Part shown: piece after piece, positions 56,850 to 64,000 of the stretch
How the letters are laid out: each line of letters begins with the position of its first letter
Position numbering within the stretch: position 1 is the first letter of the stretch
Source: the human T2T-CHM13v2.0 reference genome, Homo sapiens
Reading direction: 5' to 3' (one strand)
Assembly (NCBI RefSeq): GCF_009914755.1
Contig: NC_060937.1
DNA: 64,000 nt
Notes under the pieces: generated by a model
Told to the model about the DNA's origin: nothing
The model's input: the letters and a program-made list of their open reading frames with translations, nothing else
Database searches by the model: none
Made by a program: the position numbers and the translations under genes

Positions 56850-57400
56850 GATGTGCTTTGGAGCTTGTGAGAAAACCAGCGCAGCTGAAATAGACTTACT
56901 TGCTGTTGTGTACAGGGAGGTAAGGTTGGGCAGAATTGGACAGTGGAAGCTTTAAAAGTCAGGCCAAATACTTGACCTTCTTTTGCCTTGTAGGCAATGA
57001 CAAGGCACAGGGTTTTTTTATCCAGGGAATGTCAGGATCTAAATAGTAATCTGGCAGCTAAGTAAAAGATGGATTCAGATGGATGAGACTTGTGGTAGTA
57101 AGACTAGATAGGTCATCTAAGCATGGCACAAAAGGAGAAAGGGAGGCAGCAATAATGGTAGAGTTGGACATAAAAATTTATAGGACTCCGGGTCTAAATA
57201 GAGGTGACTGAAAGAAGAGGGCAAAGCAAAAAATACATCAGATATGACTGAGATAAGTGCCTGAGAGAAAGACAGTGCTGTTAGCAAACAGGAAGCTAGT
57301 TCGGGGAATGGCAAATATGGATTTCTTCTATCTCTTTAGGTCTTGTTGGATTTGAGAAACAGTGGGACCAAAAGTGGAAACATCCAATTGAATACTGAAA
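56850..57400. mobile_element. L2 fragments
   Basis: Degenerate L2-like purine-rich sequence (tgtaggcaatgacaagg...aatctggcagc...gatttgagaaacagtgggacc). Confidence 0.45.
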
Positions 57401-59695
57401 ATAGTAGTGTTCTATGTTCCTGGGACAAAAGCTGGGATGTCACAAACCATTGGAGGGTTTTCACAGCCCAGATGTGGCCAACGTAATCAACTCTGACAGA
57501 TTGTACCTGGAATTCCCCATCTTGGGCTCCATACAGATGGCCTGCATTTTTCTTCCCTGTGAAATCATACTGCCTTTACCCCTAAATATTAAACATTCAA
57601 CAGCCTGCTAATCACTGTGTACTCTCAGAATGAGCCTTTGTCTATATGCTCCAACCTCTTTAATTAAATGCAGCTAGAATGTTAACAGTGCAAATATGAG
57701 AATGCTTAACATAATGATTTAACGGCCATGCCTCAATCGCTCTCCAAAATATGTTTTTAGACTCAGAAACCCTTTAATAATTATATTTATCATACATATT
57801 GACATTTCATAATTGCAGTCAGTTCAAGAGGAAATTGATTTTCTATTGGTTATGACTTTTTGCAATTCTCATTGCACGAAATCTAGAATTACGTTCTTCT
57901 GGCCATTACCAAGTTCTAGATTTTAAGCTGAAGCATGAAAGTTGTTAATTTTACAAAAACCTTCCCCAAAAGGCATTCATTTCCTTCACTGGCAAGAATA
58001 TCACAAAGCAGCCCCTTGCTTCATTGCATGTCCTGTGGCATGATTGTCACCAACGAAAACACAATATGTAAGGACCAAGGTAATTATTCATTGGTTTCTG
58101 GACATTAAGTCCCCCAAGGAACAACACAAATATACATGATGCAGCTTCTGCAATGAAACATTCGAGATACCAGTGACGTTTTTTGAATCCCAAATTGCCA
58201 AGTTACTGATTTAAGAATGCCCTAGAGTATAAATAATTTCCCCAAGCCTCCCTAGTGACTTGTGTCGAATGCCTTCTGCTTAGCCCATTAAAGGTGAAAG
58301 CCATGAAATATTATTTGATTTGTAACACAAGAAAATGCCCTAAAACCACCTATCCCTCTTTGGAAAGCTGCCAGAACAAAGTGAGAGGAAAGGTCAAGCC
58401 TGAGAACGATGATTTCAGGTTGCAGCATGTGGCCAGATGAAAGGCTGAGCCTATAGGCTGCATTCAGTCTTCCAGTTTCTTCATAGAGGATTTATATTTA
58501 TTTTTCCTAACTCACATAGGAGTCTTGGGTTTTGAGATCAAAATTTCAAATACTTTAATAGTGGCCATGCAATATTAAAAAAATTCAACAATGAATTGTG
58601 TTGAATGGTTACTACGTGTCCTTACTACATTTCCTTTGAATTCGATTTGGAGAAGCTAGTTTCAGGATTCATTTGATTTACATGTGGAATTGATAGATAT
58701 TAAAATCCATTTCTTCTAAGTGCCTCACAATTGAAAAACATTATTTTAATTCTGTTGTGCCATGCATTGATTCCTATCCATTTTGATCTGTGATCACTAG
58801 ACATCAGATTGCTTGTGAATTGCCAGTGAAGGTATGAACATCACAAACCTGCTAAATCAACCTTTAAAATGTAAGAAAAGTTTAATTTAGAGTTACATCC
58901 GGACATTTATAAGATGCAGACATTGATAGCTTGGAAGCAAAATGATAAAGTATATGCCTCATTCTGCAAATCAGTTACAAGATGGAAGTCAAATTATTCC
59001 ATCTGAAACCTCTTAATTCAGCAGAGGAATAGCCACTTGAGAGCTATGATGGCAGTTTATGGAAGTGTCTGTGATCCTTCTTGATAAATCTGTATCCATT
59101 TACACAGAGAAGTCATAGTAATCTGTACTAATTGAGAGAGCAAGGATACAAACATCAAATTATTGCCTTCTAGAAGGCATTAGGGGACTTATTTTTAAAT
59201 TTAAGCTTGACTTTTTATTGGCTACCTATTATCTGCCAGGTAATACCACGTGTGATCTTTTTATGCTTCCAGAAATAAGAATGAGCTTTAATTAGTATGT
59301 CATTTTTGCTTAAAGCATTTCTCTGTTTAATTTAGAAATCTTAACATTCTCCTGAACATACACAATCTTTTCTGGACGATCACTTAAAATGAAACTTTTA
59401 GCCAAGCCTTTATCTGAATGAATAAAATTTCAAATTAGAAGATTCTTACTTACCAGGGGTTTAGTATATATGCATTAAACTTGACATATAAGCTTTATAT
59501 CCCAGGGACTTTGGTAAAGAAGTAGCTTTACCAATTGTTATTCTTTATTCTCGATCTTCCTAAAGTCAAATTATTTTTTAGCATTTGTTTCAAAATGATT
59601 TTCAACTTACAAAAAAGTTGCAAAAGTAGTACAAAATTTACATATACCTATCACTCACCTTATTCTAATGTTAACAACATACATACGTAACCATA

Positions 59696-60118
59696 TGATA
59701 TGGTTTGGATTTGTGTCCCCACCCAAATCTCATGTTCAATTATAATCCCCAGTGTTGAAGGTGGGGCCTGGTTGGAGATGATTGGATCATGTTGACAGTT
59801 TCTCATGAATGGTTTAACACCATCACCGTTGCTACTGTCGTCATGATAGTGAGTGAATGAGTGAGTGAGTTATCCTGAGATTTGGTTGTTTAAAAGTATG
59901 TGGCACCTCCCCCTTCCCTCTCTTCCTCCTACTCTAGCCATGTAAAATATGCCTGCTTTCCCTTTGCCTTCCACCATGATTGTAAGTTTCCTGAGGCCTC
60001 CCCAGAAGCAGAAGCCACCATACTTCCTGTACACCCTGCAGAACTGTGAGCCGATTAAACCTCATTTCTTTATGAATTATGGTATTTCTTTATAGCAATG
60101 TAAGAACTTCCTAATACA
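59696..60118 (+). mobile_element. MSTA-like MaLR solo LTR
   Basis: TG...CA ends (tgatatggtttgga...ctaataca); perfect 5-bp TSD ccata at 59691-59695 and 60119-60123. Confidence 0.92.
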
Positions 60119-62066
60119 CCATACTACAACAATAAGACCAAGAAATTGATATAATACTATTAACTAAATTACATACCTCATTTTAATATCACTAGTTTAT
60201 CCCCTATCTTTTTCATGTGTCAGAATCCAATCCAGGATTCCATGTGCCTGTAGATGTCATGTCTCCTTAGTCTTCTCCAATCTGTGACACTTTCTCCACT
60301 TTCCTTATCTCTTATGACCTTGACACTATTGATAAACACTGATCAGTTACTTTTGTAGAATATTTCTCGATTTGGGTTCTTCTGATATTTTCTAGTGTCT
60401 GCTGGTATTTTTCACTGTAGAGTTACTGTATTTTATCCCATTATTGGTGATATGTTTTTTAGGGAAAGTATTTGAAGTCTATGCTAATATCCTGTTTCTC
60501 CTCAACCTTTCACCTCTGATATTAGCATCCATCAAAGGATTTTGCCTGTAGCAGCTATTACTGTAGTATTTGCATACTGGTGATTTTATATTTCCTTTTT
60601 TCCCTCTTTATATATTAATTGGAATTCTTCCCCCGAAAAAGTGGATCTTTTTTCTCTCCCAACTTCTTATCTGTTTAGTTATGTATTTATATCGGTATGA
60701 GCTCATGGTCATTCGTTATATTCTATGGGTATAATCCAATAATGTCATTATTTATTTTGTTGCTCAAATTGTTCCAGGTTTGTACATTGGGAGCTCCTTA
60801 CTTTTGGGTCCTATATCCTTCTGACATGGTCCCCATCATTTTTGAAGCAATTTCTCATTTTTACCATTACAAGATATACCAGGATCATTTTGTATTTTTC
60901 CTGCATCAGTCCTAAAACCTACCTGTTCTCCGGGGAGCACTAGTTCCTTTATTGGAGAATGGTATTAGAAACCAAGGTCTGGGCACTAGACGTGCTCGAT
61001 GCTACTGGAGGGTCATTGCTATGAAGCCCTGTCTCCAAAATACACTAGGAAATATGTGTATGTATACTACTTCATACATACTGACAATTTATATTTATTA
61101 TTTATTTATCAAATTTATGACTAACATTGATTTTGAAGATTTTCAACTTACAAAAAAGTTTCAAAAATAGTACCAAATTTACACATACCTATCATTCACC
61201 TGATCCTAATGTTAACAACATACATACATAATCATACTACAATAATAAAACCAGGAAATTAACATTGCTATAATACTATTAACTAAACTATATACTTCAT
61301 TTTGTGTGTATATTTTGTGTGTATATGTATATGTATATATCTGTCTGTGAGTTCATACTGATGCCAGCTGAACACCACAAAGTTCATTCTAGCCTTCTCT
61401 TTCCTTATTTGCAACATCTTTCTCCAACAATGAGAAATCCGGTTTTCTTTATCTGCAATATATTAACATATTTGTTAAAGACAGAATGTATATAAGTTGG
61501 AGTTGCTAACCCATACTCCTTTAAGAAATATATTGACCAGCGAGAGCACAGTATTTCTGTAGAGTTTATTTTGCCTTTAGGTTTGTGGTATCCAGTCAAA
61601 ATAGCTTTTCAAATTACTTAGGTTAGTTATGTTCTTAGTTACTTAGGTTAGTCATCTTCTTGAATGTTGTTATATTCATTGGTAATAGAATTAGGTTTCC
61701 TTGGTACTGTTAGGATTCCGTTTTAAGTTCTCCTACATCTTGGTTTATTTTAATTATTTCTTTATTTTGGAGTAGGATATGAAGCATTACTGTAGTTCTA
61801 AGTCTCAAAACTATACAAAAGTTATGTGTTTAGCTATGTCCCCCCACCTTTATCCATACTAACTTAGGGCCATAATCCCCTTCTTTCTATCCTTTTGCCA
61901 CCCACTCTTTGCAGGTTGATCAATCTCTTTAGTTTGTGGTTTATCTTTCCTGTACTTCTTTTGCACGTATAAGTAGATATGTGTGTATTTGATTATATTT
62001 CCTTTTTTCTTACAAGAAGGGTAGCATACTGTAGATATTCTTTTATACTTTTCTGTTTTCACTTAA

Positions 62067-62194
62067 ATTTATGCCTAGTGTTCCACTATTGGAATGCTAA
62101 TCAAGTGGGAGTTATTTCTATCCTACAGCTCAAGGTCATCGCCAAGGTCTGCTTGCAAAAGTTCAAAAAAATTGCAGCCTCAGGCATAAATGGG
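62067..62194 (+). mobile_element. MER85 piggyBac MITE (PGBD3-derived)
   Basis: TTAA TSDs at 62063-62066 and 62195-62198; TIRs atttatgcct / aggcataaatggg; body gtgggagttattt...gctcaaggtcatcgccaaggtctg. Confidence 0.92.
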
Positions 62195-63644
62195 TTAATT
62201 GTAGAAGTTATTCCAGATCAGTTCATAAAGATCTTCCACATTACTAATAGCTGTGTAGTACTTCATTGTTGAATGCACCATGGTTAATTAGTATTGTTTC
62301 CAATATTTTGCTATAACAAATATGCTATAATGATTGACTTAATGAATGTGTATTTTTGTGTTGTTAAGGATGTATCTTCAGAACAGATTCCTAGAATTGG
62401 GATTTTAGAGTCAAAAGATAAGTACATATGTGGTTTTGTTAAGTGTTATCAAATTTTCCTCTGGAAGGCTTGTATCAATCTGCATTCCCACCAGCTACTT
62501 ATAAGAATCCCTATTTCCCCAGAATCTCATAAGACAAGGTGATGTCAGATTTTTAGATTTTTTCAGATAAGAAATGGTATCAAGATCTTTTTAGTTTAAT
62601 TTTTCCACCTATTCATTTTGATGTTATTTAACTGAACAAATTAACACCTTTTTTTAACGTGCCGTATCATATAAAGGATTTTTTTAAAACTAGGATATTC
62701 TTGCTAATATAACTAAGAAAACTTCATAATGGGCTAAATATAAGAGTGAGATATATATTTGTGAATAGCCTATGTTACCACAGCAGATAAGTATAGGTAC
62801 GTTTATTTTTAAATAATATTTTTTAATATTAGGGAAACATTTTCATTGTTTCCTAAAGTTTCATGATGTATCTGGACTCCATTACAAATGTCTTCCTGTC
62901 ATAGAATTCTGAGAAATAAGTAGGAGCATATGAAGAGGTCTGTAATAACAGCAATTATGGAAAAGTAATTTACTGATTGTATAAATGGAACAGATTTCAA
63001 ATCGAGTAGATAGACCATAAAAAGCAAGTAGGATATTGAAAATAAATATTTTGGGAGCTAGGAAATTGCTCATTAAATTCACATACCAAATGTCAATATT
63101 TTGCTAACGTTTATATAATTTAGTTTCTTAGTATCTAAAACCATACTTTTTTTTATTTAAAAAAATTCAAATAGTTGCTAAGATGATCAAGTGTTTGCAG
63201 ACATTCTTCCTCTTGTCCACCTGGCAGTATGAAACACTGACATAGAAAAACCTTTGTTTTGTGATCAGTGAATTAAAATACAGCAAGACAAAGTGACTTG
63301 CAGAATTATTTCTACATTGAGAAAAAGGTAGAACCCATTAGGGAATGAACCTTGGTGAAAATATTTAAAACAGGTAAGGAACTGGCTATAAGGAAAGGAC
63401 ACAGACTTTGGTTTTAGGCAAAAATAAGATGTGGCTGTAACTCAGCCACTTGTTAGCAATATAGAAACCAGAGGCTTCCAGCATTCATGGATTTTCAAAA
63501 AAAAAAAAAAAAATGCCCTACCATGACACACACTCTCTACCATTGCCATACCCACATCTACTCAAGCAAAACCTTCTGTTAGCCCTGTACGTTTCAGAAG
63601 AGAATGTCCATAATATTAGTTAATGATATTCTTAACAATAAATT

Positions 63645-63815
63645 CTTTTCATGCATTATTCTATTGAACCACCAAAACAGTCCTAAAGGAAAGGTGTGAT
63701 TATTGTCCCCATTTTACAGAAGAGGAAACTGAGTCTCAGAGAGTTCGAGTAAGTGGCAGAGCCAAGAAACAATGCTAGATTTGGCTCACACAAAGTCCAT
63801 GCTTTAACCCAGAGA
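63645..63815 (-). mobile_element. MIR
   Basis: ttattgtccccattttacagaagaggaaactgagtctcagagag. Confidence 0.75.
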
Positions 63816-64000
63816 CTATACTCCCCAGCAGCTCTACCCTCCACTCAGCGGACTGCCAACAAAAAAATAGGTTTACTGTGAAACAGAGACTGGAGTAACT
63901 GATCTCCATGTCCCACCCACAGCAATAACCATGAACTTGCTTTTTACTGGTTCTTGATTTTTTTAGAATTACATGTATAAAATGTTGCACACAGGCCACT

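Larger units (their letters stand above)
59590..62580 (-). mobile_element. Old L1MC4-like 3' region with nested MST, MER85 and a self-duplication
   Basis: ttacaaaaaagttgcaaaagtagtac...attttgttgctcaaattgttccagg...ggagaatggtattagaaaccaagg. Confidence 0.7.

Noticed and set aside
63366-63380. CAG|GTAAGG as a recursive splice site
   Set aside because: No polypyrimidine tract upstream (purine/A-rich).

Overview
Human/primate, AT-rich, repeat-dense intronic DNA. The only protein-coding sequence I can support is one 166-nt internal exon of glypican-6 (GPC6, + strand, 45470-45635; recalled as exon 4). It has canonical AG/GT ends and a full glypican cysteine signature, so the rest of the window is the two large flanking introns. 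The introns contain a 3'-truncated, tail-less 5S rRNA retropseudogene, about 15 Alus (J, S and Y), nested L1 fragments, LTRs (THE1, MST, MLT1, MER31, LTR47-like), DNA-transposon relics (MER1B, MER3, MER63, piggyBac MER85), MIR/L2 remnants and microsatellites. Almost all ORF-track entries are repeat-derived noise. I found no convincing novel multi-gene system. The notable signals are small-scale: a local duplication preserving the empty site of an LTR insertion, a repair-like scar capturing a MER1 fragment, the tail-less 5S copy, a MER85 with the CSB-PGBD3 palindrome, an AP-1 palindrome knot and a long UG/UGCAUG Z-DNA-type tract. Repeat subfamily names come from remembered consensus sequences and need RepeatMasker/Dfam confirmation.
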